64,000 nucleotides of DNA from Pseudomonas aeruginosa PAO1. GTDB lineage: Bacteria; Pseudomonadota; Gammaproteobacteria; Pseudomonadales; Pseudomonadaceae. The stretch is from NCBI RefSeq assembly GCF_000006765.1, contig NC_002516.2; one strand, given 5' to 3'. Position 1 is the stretch's first letter. Every line of letters begins with the position of its first letter. Shown piece after piece: positions 27,525 through 39,988 of the stretch. The notes below the pieces were generated by a model. The model saw only the letters and a program-made list of their open reading frames with translations. It did not search any database and was not told where the DNA came from. A program made the translations under genes and the position numbers.

Positions 27525-29711
27525 ATGCGCCGCCTGCTGCTCGTACTGCTGCTCCTGCTTCCCCTGTCCGCCCTCGCCGCGGAGGCCCGGCCGAAGATCG
27601 GTCTGGTCCTCTCCGGCGGTGCCGCCCGCGGCCTGGCCCATATCGGCGTGCTCAAGGCCCTCGACGAACAGGGCATCCAGATCGACGCCATCGCCGGCAC
27701 CAGCATGGGCGCGGTGGTCGGCGGCCTGTACGCCTCCGGCTACACCCCCGCCGAACTGGAGCGCATCGCCCTGGAGATGGACTGGCAGCAGGCGCTGTCC
27801 GACGCGCCGCCGCGCAAGGACGTGCCGTTCCGGCGCAAGCAGGACGACCGCGACTTCCTGGTCAAGCAGAAGATCAGCTTCCGCGACGACGGCACCCTCG
27901 GCCTGCCGCTGGGGGTGATCCAGGGCCAGAACCTGGCGATGGTGCTGGAAAGCCTGCTGGTGCACACCAGCGACAACCGCGACTTCGACAAGCTGGCGAT
28001 CCCCTTCCGCGCCGTCTCCACCGATATCGCAACCGGCGAGAAAGTGGTGTTCCGCAAGGGCCACCTGCCCCAGGCGATCCGCGCCAGCATGTCGATCCCC
28101 GCCGTGTTCGCCCCGGTGGAGATCGACGGCAGGCTGCTGGTGGATGGTGGCATGGTCGACAACATCCCGGTGGACGTGGCGCGCGACATGGGCGTGGACG
28201 TGGTGATCGTGGTCGACATCGGCAACCCGCTGCGCGACCGCAAGGACCTGAGCACCGTGCTCGACGTGATGAACCAGTCGATCACCCTGATGACCCGGAA
28301 GAACTCCGAAGCCCAGCTGGCCACGCTCAAGCCCGGCGACGTGCTGATCCAGCCGCCGCTGTCCGGCTACGGCACCACCGACTTCGGCCGCGTGCCGCAA
28401 CTGATCGACGCCGGCTACCGCGCCACCACGGTGCTCGCCGCGCGCCTCGCCGAGTTGCGCAAGCCGAAGGACCTCAACAGCGAAGCGCTCGACGTGGCGC
28501 GCACGCCGAACCAGCGCAAGCCGGTGATCGACGCGATCCGCGTGGAGAACAACTCGAAGGTCAGCGACGAGGTGATCCGCCACTACATCCGCCAGCCGCT
28601 CGGCACGCGCCTCGACCTCGGCCGCCTGCAGGACGACATGAGCACCCTCTACGGCCTCGACTACTTCGACCAGGTGCAGTACCGGGTGGTCAAGGAGAAG
28701 AAGCTCAACACCCTGGTGATCCACGCCACCGGCAAGAAAGGCGGCACCGACTTCCTTCGCCTGGGCCTCAACCTGTCCGACGACATGCGCGGCGAAAGCA
28801 CCTTCAACCTCGGCGGCAGCTACCGCATGAACGGCCTCAACCGGCTCGGCGCCGAGTGGCTGACCCGGGTCCAGCTCGGCGACCGCCAGGAACTCTACAG
28901 CGAGTTCTACCAGCCGCTCGACGTCGGCTCGCGCTACTTCGTCGCGCCCTTCCTGTTCCACGAGGCACAGAACGTCGACGTCACCGAGGACAACGACCCG
29001 CTGCTGCGCTATCGCCTGGAGCGCTACGGCTACGGCCTCAACGTCGGCCGGCAGATCGCCAACAACGGCGAAATCCGCCTGGGCGCGGTGCAGGCCTACG
29101 GCAAGGCCGACGTGCGCATCGGCGACCCGAGCCTGCCGGACATCGACTTCACCGAGGGCTACTACGAACTGAAGTACTCGTTCGATACCGTCGACGACGT
29201 CAATTTCCCCCACGAGGGCGAGGAGATCGGCCTGACCATGCGCCGCTACGACAAGTCCCTCGGCTCGGACGACAGCTACCGGCAGTGGGACCTGCGGCTG
29301 AACAAGGCGCTCAGCTTCGGCGCCGACACCTGGGTGTTCGGCGGCGGCTACGGGCGCACCCTGGACGACGCCGAGGTGGTCACCTCCAGCTTCACCCTCG
29401 GCGGCGCCCGCGAGCTGTCGGGCTTCCGCCGCGACGCGCTGTCCGGGCAGAACTACAGCCTGGGACGGATCGTCTATTACCGGCGCCTCACCGAACGTTC
29501 CTTCCTGCCGCTGGACTTCCCGCTGTACCTGGGCGGCAGCATCGAGCGCGGACGCATCTGGAACAACGACAACGAATACGACAGCGGCTACATCAACGCC
29601 GCCAGCCTGATGATCGGCTTCGATACGCCGCTGGGGCCGCTGACCTTCAGCTACGGGATCAACGACGAGAACTTCAAGGCGTTCTACCTGAACCTCGGGC
29701 AGAACTTCTGA
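27525..29711 (+). CDS. plpD: Patatin-like type Vd autotransporter lipase PlpD
   Basis: Signal peptide; GGAARG, GTSMG and DGG patatin motifs; POTRA and beta-barrel ending in Phe. Confidence 0.93.
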   Translation: MRRLLLVLLLLLPLSALAAEARPKIGLVLSGGAARGLAHIGVLKALDEQGIQIDAIAGTSMGAVVGGLYASGYTPAELERIALEMDWQQALSDAPPRKDVPFRRKQDDRDFLVKQKISFRDDGTLGLPLGVIQGQNLAMVLESLLVHTSDNRDFDKLAIPFRAVSTDIATGEKVVFRKGHLPQAIRASMSIPAVFAPVEIDGRLLVDGGMVDNIPVDVARDMGVDVVIVVDIGNPLRDRKDLSTVLDVMNQSITLMTRKNSEAQLATLKPGDVLIQPPLSGYGTTDFGRVPQLIDAGYRATTVLAARLAELRKPKDLNSEALDVARTPNQRKPVIDAIRVENNSKVSDEVIRHYIRQPLGTRLDLGRLQDDMSTLYGLDYFDQVQYRVVKEKKLNTLVIHATGKKGGTDFLRLGLNLSDDMRGESTFNLGGSYRMNGLNRLGAEWLTRVQLGDRQELYSEFYQPLDVGSRYFVAPFLFHEAQNVDVTEDNDPLLRYRLERYGYGLNVGRQIANNGEIRLGAVQAYGKADVRIGDPSLPDIDFTEGYYELKYSFDTVDDVNFPHEGEEIGLTMRRYDKSLGSDDSYRQWDLRLNKALSFGADTWVFGGGYGRTLDDAEVVTSSFTLGGARELSGFRRDALSGQNYSLGRIVYYRRLTERSFLPLDFPLYLGGSIERGRIWNNDNEYDSGYINAASLMIGFDTPLGPLTFSYGINDENFKAFYLNLGQNF

Positions 29712-29718
29712 GCGGAGT

Positions 29719-31767
29719 TCAGGCGATCAGTGCCAGCAACTCGCGCGCCTCGGCCTTCTGCCACGGGTCGCCGTGCGCCACCACCAGGCGCAGGATGCGG
29801 CTGGCCTGGTCGAGATCGCCGCTGTCGATGCAGGCGCGGGCCCGGTCCAGGCTGGCCGAGGCCTCCTCCGGCGGCACCGTGGCCGGCTCTGGCTGGTCGA
29901 GTTCGAGGTGTTCGTACTCGGCGACATCCGGCAGTTCATGGAGATTGCTCTCGAACGCCAGGGGCTCCTCCGCCGGTTCCGCCTTGCCGGCAGCGGCGCG
30001 GCGCGGCAGGTCGGGGTTGTCCAGGGGATTCTCCAGGGCGCCCCAGTCGAGATCGAGATCGAGGTTGAGGTCGCCGAAGCCGTCGGCGCCCGAGGTCGCA
30101 TCCGGTTGCTGCAAAACGGGCGACTCGGCCAGCGGCAGGTCGCTCCAGTCGTCGTCCTTGGTTGTTGCCGCCGGCGTCTCGGTCGCCGGCATCTGTAGCA
30201 GCGCCGGGTAGCGTCCGCGCAACTCGTCGATGGCCTCCGGGTTGCCGCCACTGGCCAGGGTTTCCTCGGCCAGCGCGTCGAAGCCGGCCGCATCGCCCAG
30301 CTCAGCCAGCACCAGCAACAGCTTCATCCGCGCGCTCAGGCGCTGCGGCTGCTCGGCGAGTACCTGACGCAGCAGGTCGCGGGCCTGTCCGTAGCGACCG
30401 TAGGCGATATAGATGTCGGCGCCGTCCAGCTTGTCCGCCGCAGCCATGGCGGCGCGCGGAGCGGCGGCCGGAGCAGGCGGAGGAGACGGCGGCGGGCTGG
30501 AGGGAGCGGCGACCGGCGGCCTGGCCTGTTCTTCGACCTTTGCCGGCGCCGGTGCGGCCGCCGGGGGGCGCGGCGCACGCCGCAGCGGCAGGTTCAGGGC
30601 GACCCGGCGCTTCGGTTCGACCGCCGGGACAGGAGCCTCTTCGCGGCGGCGACGCAACAGCAACACGCCGAGCAGAGCGAGGACCAGCAGCAGGACGATC
30701 ATCCAGCGCCAGTACTGCGAGTCCGTCGGCGTTTCAACCGGTTGCGCAACCGAAGGCGCGGCCGCGGCAGGCGGCGGCGCCGCGGGCCGCACCGCCTGGC
30801 GCCGGGCCAGTTGCTGTTGCAGTTCGGCGACCTGGTGATCGCGCTGCTGCAGTTGTTCCTGCAAGGCCTGCAACTGGCGTTGCAGATCGTCCATCCGCTG
30901 GCTCAGTTCCTCCCGTTGCCGGGCCAACGCCTCGGCCTCGGCATCCGCCTGGCGCTGCGCCTCGACGAGAGCCGCCGGAGCGTTTTCCACCACGGCGGCA
31001 TCGGCTGGCGGCAGGACTTCCACGGCCGCCTCCTTCACGGCGCCGGGCGCGCCTCGCTCCGGCTGGTAGCCGGCCGGCAGGCGCAGGCGCGCGCCGGCCT
31101 TGAGCCGGTGCCGGTCGGCATTGACGAAGGCCTGCGGATTGAGCTGGTACAGAGCCTCCATGAGTTGCGCGCGATCGGCGTTGCCGGCACCACGCAGGCG
31201 TCCGCTGATGGCCCAGAGGTTGTCGCTGGGGCGAGCCAGGTATTCGTCGCCCGGCTCCAGCAGTGCCGGGTCTACGACGACCGCGGCACTACGCGGCGCA
31301 GGCACCGGCGTCGAGGATTGCCGCTGCGGCTCGATCCCGCTGCGCGCGGCCGGAAGCATGCGCGGCGTATAACCGAGCGGATCGAGCAGTACGGTGAATT
31401 CGCGGACGATGCGGCCGTTGGGGCGGGCCACCTCCACCAGGAAATTCAGGTAGGGCTCCTGCACCGGTCGGATCGAGGACACATGGATGCGATTGCCACC
31501 GCGCCCCTGGAGCACCGGACTGAAACGCAGCTCGTTGAGGAACTGCAAGCGTTCCACCCCGGCCGCGGCGAAGACGTCGGCGCCCGCCAGGCGGACCTCG
31601 ATCTCGTCCGCGCCGAGATCGCCGACGTCGAGCAGTTCGATATCCGCATCCAGCGGCTGGTTGAGCGCCGAATGCAGGATGATGTCTCCCACTCCCAGGG
31701 CGCTCGCCTGCCCGGCCAACAGGCACGACCAGGCACACAACATGACACGCAAGGCTTTACCGGGCAT
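29719..31767 (-). CDS. FimV-like protein (FimV N-domain, LysM, coiled coil, TM, acidic C-terminal TPR-like domain), 682 aa
   Basis: ALGVGDIILHSALNQPLDADIEL N-terminus; DNLWAIS..LYQLNPQAF LysM; ADIYIAYGRY and LDRARACIDSGD..A..IL motifs. Confidence 0.85.
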   Translation of the reverse strand: MPGKALRVMLCAWSCLLAGQASALGVGDIILHSALNQPLDADIELLDVGDLGADEIEVRLAGADVFAAAGVERLQFLNELRFSPVLQGRGGNRIHVSSIRPVQEPYLNFLVEVARPNGRIVREFTVLLDPLGYTPRMLPAARSGIEPQRQSSTPVPAPRSAAVVVDPALLEPGDEYLARPSDNLWAISGRLRGAGNADRAQLMEALYQLNPQAFVNADRHRLKAGARLRLPAGYQPERGAPGAVKEAAVEVLPPADAAVVENAPAALVEAQRQADAEAEALARQREELSQRMDDLQRQLQALQEQLQQRDHQVAELQQQLARRQAVRPAAPPPAAAAPSVAQPVETPTDSQYWRWMIVLLLVLALLGVLLLRRRREEAPVPAVEPKRRVALNLPLRRAPRPPAAAPAPAKVEEQARPPVAAPSSPPPSPPPAPAAAPRAAMAAADKLDGADIYIAYGRYGQARDLLRQVLAEQPQRLSARMKLLLVLAELGDAAGFDALAEETLASGGNPEAIDELRGRYPALLQMPATETPAATTKDDDWSDLPLAESPVLQQPDATSGADGFGDLNLDLDLDWGALENPLDNPDLPRRAAAGKAEPAEEPLAFESNLHELPDVAEYEHLELDQPEPATVPPEEASASLDRARACIDSGDLDQASRILRLVVAHGDPWQKAEARELLALIA

Positions 31768-32043
31768 TCCGTTCTTTTCTCCGCACTTCGAGCACACAGC
31801 CGGCCAGCGGTCGACTGCTACATCTATTTCACGTTAGCCCGAATTTCGCCCCGTACAGGGCTGGACGCACCACATGGCGCAAGACATGGCTTTTTGCTAT
31901 CACTGAATAGAGGAATGCCGTGGAAACGGTCAAGATTTTTCGTCAGAAAACCGACGAAAACCTCTGTAGAGGGCTTTCGGACGAAAGCCCAGGAGGTGAT
32001 GCCATAAAAATGGCGATTCTAGCGGAATTTCGTGACGCAGTGC

Positions 32044-32478
32044 TCAGCGATTTTCCAGGTTCGCCAGGATTCGCAAGAGCACCTGCTGGCACAGCGCCTG
32101 CTCGGACTCGTCGATGCCGGTCAGTACGTCGTTGCGAACGCTGGCGGCGATGGCCTCGATATCGGCGATCAGCACATCGGCCTTGGGAGTCAGCACGATG
32201 TGCTTGGCCCGCCGGTCCTCCGCCACCGCCAGGCGCCGTACCAGGCCCTGGGACTCGAGGCCGTCGAGCAGCCGCGCCAGGGTCGGGCCTTCGACCCCGA
32301 CCGATTGGGCCAACTCGCGCTGGGTGGGCGAATCGCGATGGCGCGCCAGATGCAACAACACCAACCAGCGCGCCTGGGACAGGCCGAGGTGACTGAGGCG
32401 GCGGTCGAGTTCAGCGCGCCAAGCACGGGAAGTCTGGGCTAGCAAGGTGCCGAAATAGTGCTTGTCTGTCTGAGCCAT
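32044..32478 (-). CDS. slyA: MarR family regulator, SlyA-like
   Basis: LSQARWLVLLHL, TQRELA and DRRAK motifs; 144 aa. Confidence 0.8.
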   Translation of the reverse strand: MAQTDKHYFGTLLAQTSRAWRAELDRRLSHLGLSQARWLVLLHLARHRDSPTQRELAQSVGVEGPTLARLLDGLESQGLVRRLAVAEDRRAKHIVLTPKADVLIADIEAIAASVRNDVLTGIDESEQALCQQVLLRILANLENR

Positions 32479-32511
32479 AGGAAAAAGGAGGTCCGATATT
32501 TCATTTGACTA

Positions 32512-32531
32512 ATTATTAGTCGGCTAATAAT
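32512..32531. promoter_or_regulatory. SlyA/MarR-type operator ATTATTAG-TCGG-CTAATAAT
   Basis: Perfect 8-bp inverted repeat with a TTAG-N4-CTAA core, 34 bp upstream of the slyA start. Confidence 0.6.
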
Positions 32532-32595
32532 GCCCGTCCAATTCCCCCCCGTACAATGACAAATTGTCGCACGATATGCCCAGGCCAGGCCCTGT

Positions 32596-33612
32596 CTACC
32601 ACTTCGCGTACTGGTCCTCGACGAAGCCCCAGAGCCGCTCGATCCTCACCTCGGCACGACCTCGCGGACGCAGCACACCGCTGAAACAACCGAATATCTG
32701 CTTGAAGTTGCTCGCCAGCAGACCGAGGTTCAGCCGCTCCTGATGCATGCCGTGAGCCTCGAAGCGCAGCTCCACCTGGCCATCGTATGAACGGATGGTC
32801 CAGGGCCGCAGCGGCTGGTCGCGGTCGAAGTCGAAGCGCACGCTGTCGACCTTCAGCAGTTCGCCGTCCAGCCAGTAGCAGTTCTCGGTGAAGCTGGTCT
32901 CGTTGACCCCGCACGACAGGTTCAGGCCGACCCGCAAGCCGTCCGCCTCGCCGGACAGGCAAGCCCAGTTCCAGAAGGTTTCCGGGCGCATGTAGCCCGC
33001 CGACCAGTCGTGATGGGCGAAGGCGTCCAGCGCCTGCAGGTCGTGGTCGCCGAGGGCGCTGCGCACGTCGCCGCGACAGCGCACGCCGGCCACCTTCTGC
33101 GCGTAGACCCAGCCGTTCACCGCGGTCGGCGTACACAGGCACATCGGCTGGAAGCTCGGCGCCTCCTCGCTGAAGCAGGCGTCGATGCGGGTGCCATCGT
33201 CGAGTTCCACCAGCAGGCGTTTCTCCCGGTGAGCCATACGGTTCTCCAGGCGTAGCAGGTTGCGCCCCTGGCGCAGTTCGCAGACGCCGTCGTCCGGGGT
33301 CTGGGAAAACCGGGTTCCGAACCCCAGCGGCAGCTTGAAGCGCCGCTCCAGCATGCGTCCGCTGGAAGGCTGGTAGAGGTAGACGAAGCCGACGCCAAGC
33401 AAGCTCAGCTGGGCCAGGGCGCAGCCGCCGATCAGCTCCGGGCTGATCAGGCCGAAGTACTGGAACTGATGGAAGCGTCGCCATTTGCCCAGGGCCCCCA
33501 CGCGCCGGCCCATCGGCGAACGGAAGTCGAAATCGCGGTAATTGATGTGCTGCGGGGCACTCGGGAAGATGCCGTAGTGCGGTTGGCCGTTGGCCTGGAT
33601 CAAGCGCTGCAT
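32596..33612 (-). CDS. DUF2804-like hypothetical protein
   Basis: 338 aa ORF with coding-like composition; HDWSAGY..ETFWNW motif. Confidence 0.75.
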   Translation of the reverse strand: MQRLIQANGQPHYGIFPSAPQHINYRDFDFRSPMGRRVGALGKWRRFHQFQYFGLISPELIGGCALAQLSLLGVGFVYLYQPSSGRMLERRFKLPLGFGTRFSQTPDDGVCELRQGRNLLRLENRMAHREKRLLVELDDGTRIDACFSEEAPSFQPMCLCTPTAVNGWVYAQKVAGVRCRGDVRSALGDHDLQALDAFAHHDWSAGYMRPETFWNWACLSGEADGLRVGLNLSCGVNETSFTENCYWLDGELLKVDSVRFDFDRDQPLRPWTIRSYDGQVELRFEAHGMHQERLNLGLLASNFKQIFGCFSGVLRPRGRAEVRIERLWGFVEDQYAKW

Positions 33613-33762
33613 GGGGTCCGTCCGGAAGTCGTCTCGCGGTGGGGCCGGCAGCTCTGCGAAGAGCGGCTGTGCCTGGCATTTTTTCCTGTCGAACCTAGCA
33701 TTCGCCGCCTCGTCCCGCAGTCACCGGCGGCGCCAGCCACAGGGACAAAATCGGCCATGGAC

Positions 33763-34932
33763 TCAGGCCACCACCTGGTTACGGCCGAACGCCTTGGCTT
33801 CGTAAAGCGCGCGATCGGCATGCTCGTAGAGATCGTAGAGACGCTTCAGGTCGTTGCCCGGGGTCGGCCACAGGCAGGACACGCCGACCGACAGGGTCAC
33901 TTCGCGCGCCGTGTCCGACGCCTCGTGCTCCATGCGCAGCGCCTGGACCTGTGCGCGCAGCGCTTCCGCGCGCAGCCTCGCCTCGTGCTCGTTGGCGCCG
34001 TACAGCAACAGGGCGAACTCTTCGCCGCCCAGGCGCACCGCCATGTCCAGCGGACGCCTGGCATTCGCCTCGAACACCGCGCCGATGCGCTGCAAGACCG
34101 CATCGCCAGCCTGGTGTCCGTAGCGGTCGTTATAGGCCTTGAAATGGTCGACGTCGCAAAGCAGCAGCGCCAGGGTCTTCTGTTCGCGCTGGGCCTGGCG
34201 CCAGAGGCGGTCGAGGTGCTGGTTGAAGCTGCGCCGGTTGTGCAGGCCGGTCAGGCTGTCGTGGTCGGCCATCACCCGCAACAGGCGGCTGATGAGGAAA
34301 TGCTCGCGCGACTTGAACTCCAGCAGGTAGCAGCCGACCGCGCCGATCAGGTTACCGAACAGCAGGAACAGCAGGTTGTTGCCCAGCGGCTCCTGGGTAC
34401 CCGCCCACCACTCGAAACCCAGGTAGGCGAGCAGCACCACCAACGCACAGCTCAATGCCTGCGACAACCGCAGGCCGGCGAGGAAATAGGCGGCGAAACT
34501 GACCAGCAGCAGGCCTTCGTAGGGATAGCCGGGATCCGCCCGGTGCGCCAGGCCGACCACCGCCGCCGCACCGACGCCAAGGGCGAGGACGCAGGCGATG
34601 CTCAGCGGCACCATCAGTTGGATGTGCCGGCGCAGCATGATCAGGCAGCCGCAGACCAGCAGCAGGACCAGCACGCCAAGGCGCACCGCCAGTACGCCCC
34701 ACAGCGGGGGACCAGCGAGGATCAGCAGGTCGATGCCGATGAACGCCAGCCAGACGAGCATGCCGACGCTGAGGGCGATGCGTTTCAGCGCGAAGCTGTC
34801 CTCCAGCATGTAGCGCCGGTAGTCACGCTCCAGTTCGGGAAGGAAACGCAGACCGCGGAAACCGCGGTTCAATTGGTCGGCATAGAGATTGGAACGGGAG
34901 TCGTCCAACCGGTCCTTCTGTGTCACGCACAC
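33763..34932 (-). CDS. hsbD: Membrane diguanylate cyclase HsbD
   Basis: N-terminal TM helices; DSLTGLHNRR, RPLD I-site and GGEEF; GTG start at 34932 or 34926. Confidence 0.88.
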   Translation of the reverse strand: MCVTQKDRLDDSRSNLYADQLNRGFRGLRFLPELERDYRRYMLEDSFALKRIALSVGMLVWLAFIGIDLLILAGPPLWGVLAVRLGVLVLLLVCGCLIMLRRHIQLMVPLSIACVLALGVGAAAVVGLAHRADPGYPYEGLLLVSFAAYFLAGLRLSQALSCALVVLLAYLGFEWWAGTQEPLGNNLLFLLFGNLIGAVGCYLLEFKSREHFLISRLLRVMADHDSLTGLHNRRSFNQHLDRLWRQAQREQKTLALLLCDVDHFKAYNDRYGHQAGDAVLQRIGAVFEANARRPLDMAVRLGGEEFALLLYGANEHEARLRAEALRAQVQALRMEHEASDTAREVTLSVGVSCLWPTPGNDLKRLYDLYEHADRALYEAKAFGRNQVVA

Positions 34933-35020
34933 CTCTTCTCTTGGAGGGCTTGGCGTCACAGTAGACGCTTGCGAAGGACGTCACAAGATTGGCGTCAGAA
35001 AATACCGGCAAATGGCCATA

Positions 35021-37159
<2,139 letters not shown>

Positions 37160-37242
37160 GAAGGACTCCAAATCGAGCGGCGCATTATACGCCAGGGAGG
37201 CTCGATCGGGCCGGTACCTTGTCGCCGGAAAGGACGAAAACC

Positions 37243-37593
37243 TCAGCGATAGCGCTGACGTTCCTGTTTGAAAAGGATGCGGACGATGGCGAATTCGCGC
37301 TCCATCTGTTCGATCAGCGCCGGCGCCCGTTGCAGCTCGCCGCGCCTGGCGCTTTCCTCCAGCTCCTTGCAGTAGCCGGCGAGGAGTACCGCGCCCATGT
37401 TGCTGCTGCCTCCCTTGAAGCTGTGTGCGGTATGCCGCAAAGCCTGGGCATCGCCGGCCTGGAGGGCGGCATGCAGGCTGCGCAGGCGCTCCTCGGAGTC
37501 GAGCACGAAGGTATCCAGCAGGACCGGATATTCGTCCTCCATGACCTCCTGCAGCGAAGCCAGAACACGATCATCGAGATGCGGCGCGGACAT
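37243..37593 (-). CDS. hptB: Histidine phosphotransfer protein HptB
   Basis: [13 protein letters not shown] Hpt motif; context with hsbR and hsbA. Confidence 0.92.
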   Translation of the reverse strand: MSAPHLDDRVLASLQEVMEDEYPVLLDTFVLDSEERLRSLHAALQAGDAQALRHTAHSFKGGSSNMGAVLLAGYCKELEESARRGELQRAPALIEQMEREFAIVRILFKQERQRYR

Positions 37594-37658
37594 TCGATCG
37601 CTCCCTGAAGTCGACTTCCGATGCCCTACCCATTAGGAGCACCGCGACGAAAGCGCGA

Positions 37659-39374
37659 TTATGCCTGAGGCGACCAGAAAAACTCCACGGACACCACCTT
37701 TCCGTCGGCCGACCACTGGCAACGATCGGACAATTCGCGGATCAGGCGCAAACCCCTGCCGCAGAGGCGTTCCTGGCGCTCCACGGCATTCAGCGCGCGC
37801 TCCACGTCGAAACCTTCGCCGCTGTCCTCGACCCGCACCAGCAGACGCCCCCCCGCGCCATGCGGCGCCAGGTCCAGGTGCAGCCGCACGTAGCCGTCGC
37901 GCAAGGCCTGCAGGCGGCTGACCCGCTCCTGGTAATAGCGGGCGAATCCCGCCGCGTCGCTCTTCATCGTCGAATCGAGGCCGATGACGCCATGTTCCAG
38001 GGCGTTCGAATAGAGTTCGGCGAGTACCGTATACAGCGCGCCGCCGCGCGCGCGCAGGTCGTGGACCTCGAGCAGCAGTTGCAGCACATGGGGCAGCGGG
38101 TTGAAATGCTTGAGGGTTTCGGCGCGGAATTCGAAGCTTACCGACCAGTCCAGCGGACTGCTCACGCCGCTATCGGAAAACGCCAGCGGCGGGCATTGCA
38201 GGCCGCTATCCGGCTGCAGCCGCACTTCGAGCATGCTCACGTCGTCCTGCACCGCGCCGCGGAACTGCGCCAGGCTGCGCTGGATCTCGTCGAACAGCGC
38301 GGACGGCTGGCGATTGCGCTCGAACAGCTGGAGCAGCCGCGCCTCGCCGAACATCTCGCCAGCCTTGTTGCTGGCCTCGAGGACCCCGTCGGAAAACAGG
38401 AATATCCGATCTTCGATATCCAGCGGATAGGTTTCGCAACGGTCGCTGAACGCCGCCGGTTCGAGGATTCCCAGCGGCAGGTGGCGGGACACCAGGGCGA
38501 CCCGCTCGCCGCTGGCGGCGCGCAGCAGGTAGCCGTCCGGCAAGCCGCCGTTCCAGACCTCCACCAGTTCGCGCTGGAAGCTCAGGTTGAGCAAGGTGGC
38601 GCAGCAGAACACGCCGACCGGCAGGATGCGCTTCAGCTTGGCGTTCATCTCGCGGAGGATGTCGGCCATCGGATAGCCCTTGGCGGTCATCCCGTAGAAC
38701 ACCTCGGCCAGCGGCATCGCGCCGATCGCCGCCGGCAGGCCGTGGCCGGTGAAGTCGCCGAGCAGCACGTGCATGCCGCCGGACGGCTTGTAGGCGGCCA
38801 GCAGCAGGTCGCCGTTGAACAGCGCGAGGGGCGATTGCAGGTAGCGCACGTTGCTGGCGTTCAGGCAGCCGGAATGGGCCACCTTGTCGAACACCGCCTT
38901 GGCCACCCGCTGTTCGTTGAGCAGGTGCTCGTTGTGCCGGACGATCAGGTCGCGCTGCTCCAGCACCGTTCGTTGCAGCAGGTGCAGGCGTCCCATGGCG
39001 TTGATCTTGGCTTCGAGGATCACCCGGTTGTACGGCTTGGAGAGGAAGTCGTCGCCGCCCGCCTCCAGGCTCTGCACCAGCGCCTCGGTTTCGCTGAGGG
39101 AGGTGAGGAAGATGATCGGCACCAACTCCTCGCCGGCCTGCTGCTTGATCCGCCGGGCAGCCTCGAAGCCATCCATCACCGGCATCATCACGTCCATCAG
39201 GACCAGTTGCGGCCGCTCGGTCTCGAACAGCGCCACCGCCTCCAGGCCGTTGCCGGCGGTCAGCACGCGATGCCCCTGGCGGCTGACGATGGTCGACAGC
39301 AGCAGGCGGTCGGCCGCGTTGTCCTCGGCGATGAGAATCGTCAGGCTCTCGATCCGCGCCGCCGGGGGATTCAT
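37659..39374 (-). CDS. hsbR: Response regulator with PP2C phosphatase and anti-sigma kinase domains, HsbR
   Basis: REC (MDVMMP); SpoIIE (GDFTGHG, SDGV); HATPase (ELYSNALEHG, DSGEGF). Confidence 0.92.
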   Translation of the reverse strand: MNPPAARIESLTILIAEDNAADRLLLSTIVSRQGHRVLTAGNGLEAVALFETERPQLVLMDVMMPVMDGFEAARRIKQQAGEELVPIIFLTSLSETEALVQSLEAGGDDFLSKPYNRVILEAKINAMGRLHLLQRTVLEQRDLIVRHNEHLLNEQRVAKAVFDKVAHSGCLNASNVRYLQSPLALFNGDLLLAAYKPSGGMHVLLGDFTGHGLPAAIGAMPLAEVFYGMTAKGYPMADILREMNAKLKRILPVGVFCCATLLNLSFQRELVEVWNGGLPDGYLLRAASGERVALVSRHLPLGILEPAAFSDRCETYPLDIEDRIFLFSDGVLEASNKAGEMFGEARLLQLFERNRQPSALFDEIQRSLAQFRGAVQDDVSMLEVRLQPDSGLQCPPLAFSDSGVSSPLDWSVSFEFRAETLKHFNPLPHVLQLLLEVHDLRARGGALYTVLAELYSNALEHGVIGLDSTMKSDAAGFARYYQERVSRLQALRDGYVRLHLDLAPHGAGGRLLVRVEDSGEGFDVERALNAVERQERLCGRGLRLIRELSDRCQWSADGKVVSVEFFWSPQA

Positions 39375-39375
39375 C

Positions 39376-39681
39376 TCAGCTGATCTTGAACAACTGCTCG
39401 AAGTTGGAGATGGCGAGGATCTTGCGCACTTCCGGGCTGCAGTTCGCCAGGCTGATCTGCGCGTTCTCGCCGCCGGCGTGGTCGCGCAGCAGCAGGAGCA
39501 TGCCGAGGGCCGAGCTGTCCAGGTAAGTGGCGTTGCGCAGGTCGACGACATAGCGTCGCGGAGTGATCGCGACGCGCTCGTAGGCGTCGCGGAAATCCTG
39601 ATGGGCCCCGAAGTCGAAGCGCCCCTGGATCTGGATGGTCAACTCTTGCCCATCGGCCGAGGGCAGCGCAGTGATGGCCAT
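39376..39681 (-). CDS. hsbA: STAS anti-anti-sigma factor HsbA, 101 aa
   Basis: YLDSSALGMLL STAS motif; AGGAG RBS. Confidence 0.92.
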   Translation of the reverse strand: MAITALPSADGQELTIQIQGRFDFGAHQDFRDAYERVAITPRRYVVDLRNATYLDSSALGMLLLLRDHAGGENAQISLANCSPEVRKILAISNFEQLFKIS

Positions 39682-39929
39682 GGAAGTCTCCTGGTAGGCG
39701 TGGCGGATCGAGGGAAGGCTTGAATCATGTAAGCAGTTCCCCGGCAAAGCGGCAACTTGCCAGATCACCTGACTATCAGAAATATCTGTCAATACAACTA
39801 GATCGCGCAGTCCTAAACTGCCCCGCTCCGAGCCAGCCGTCCTGTGCCGAGCGGGCTGCGACGGCGCCGCCGCGCGTGGCGCTCGGAGCCTGGGCAGTGG
39901 GCGAAAGTCTCGTCCCACCTGCCCGTCCC

Positions 39930-39988
39930 AAGCGGACCCGCGCCAGGCTGCCAGGTCACCCCCGGCGCAACCTGGCGCGGGTCCGCTT
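39930..39988 (-). repeat. 18-bp perfect inverted repeat directly downstream of cheR1
   Basis: AAGCGGACCCGCGCCAGG at 39930-39947 pairs with CCTGGCGCGGGTCCGCTT at 39971-39988. Confidence 0.8.

Noticed and set aside
30400-31100. Pro/Ala-rich and Gln-rich low-complexity stretches
   Set aside because: These are the linker and coiled-coil regions of the FimV-like protein, not DNA repeats or a CRISPR array.
31768-32043. Moderately AT-rich 276-bp intergenic region with a short ACATGG repeat
   Set aside because: Consistent with an ordinary promoter region; no convincing sRNA terminator or operator was found.
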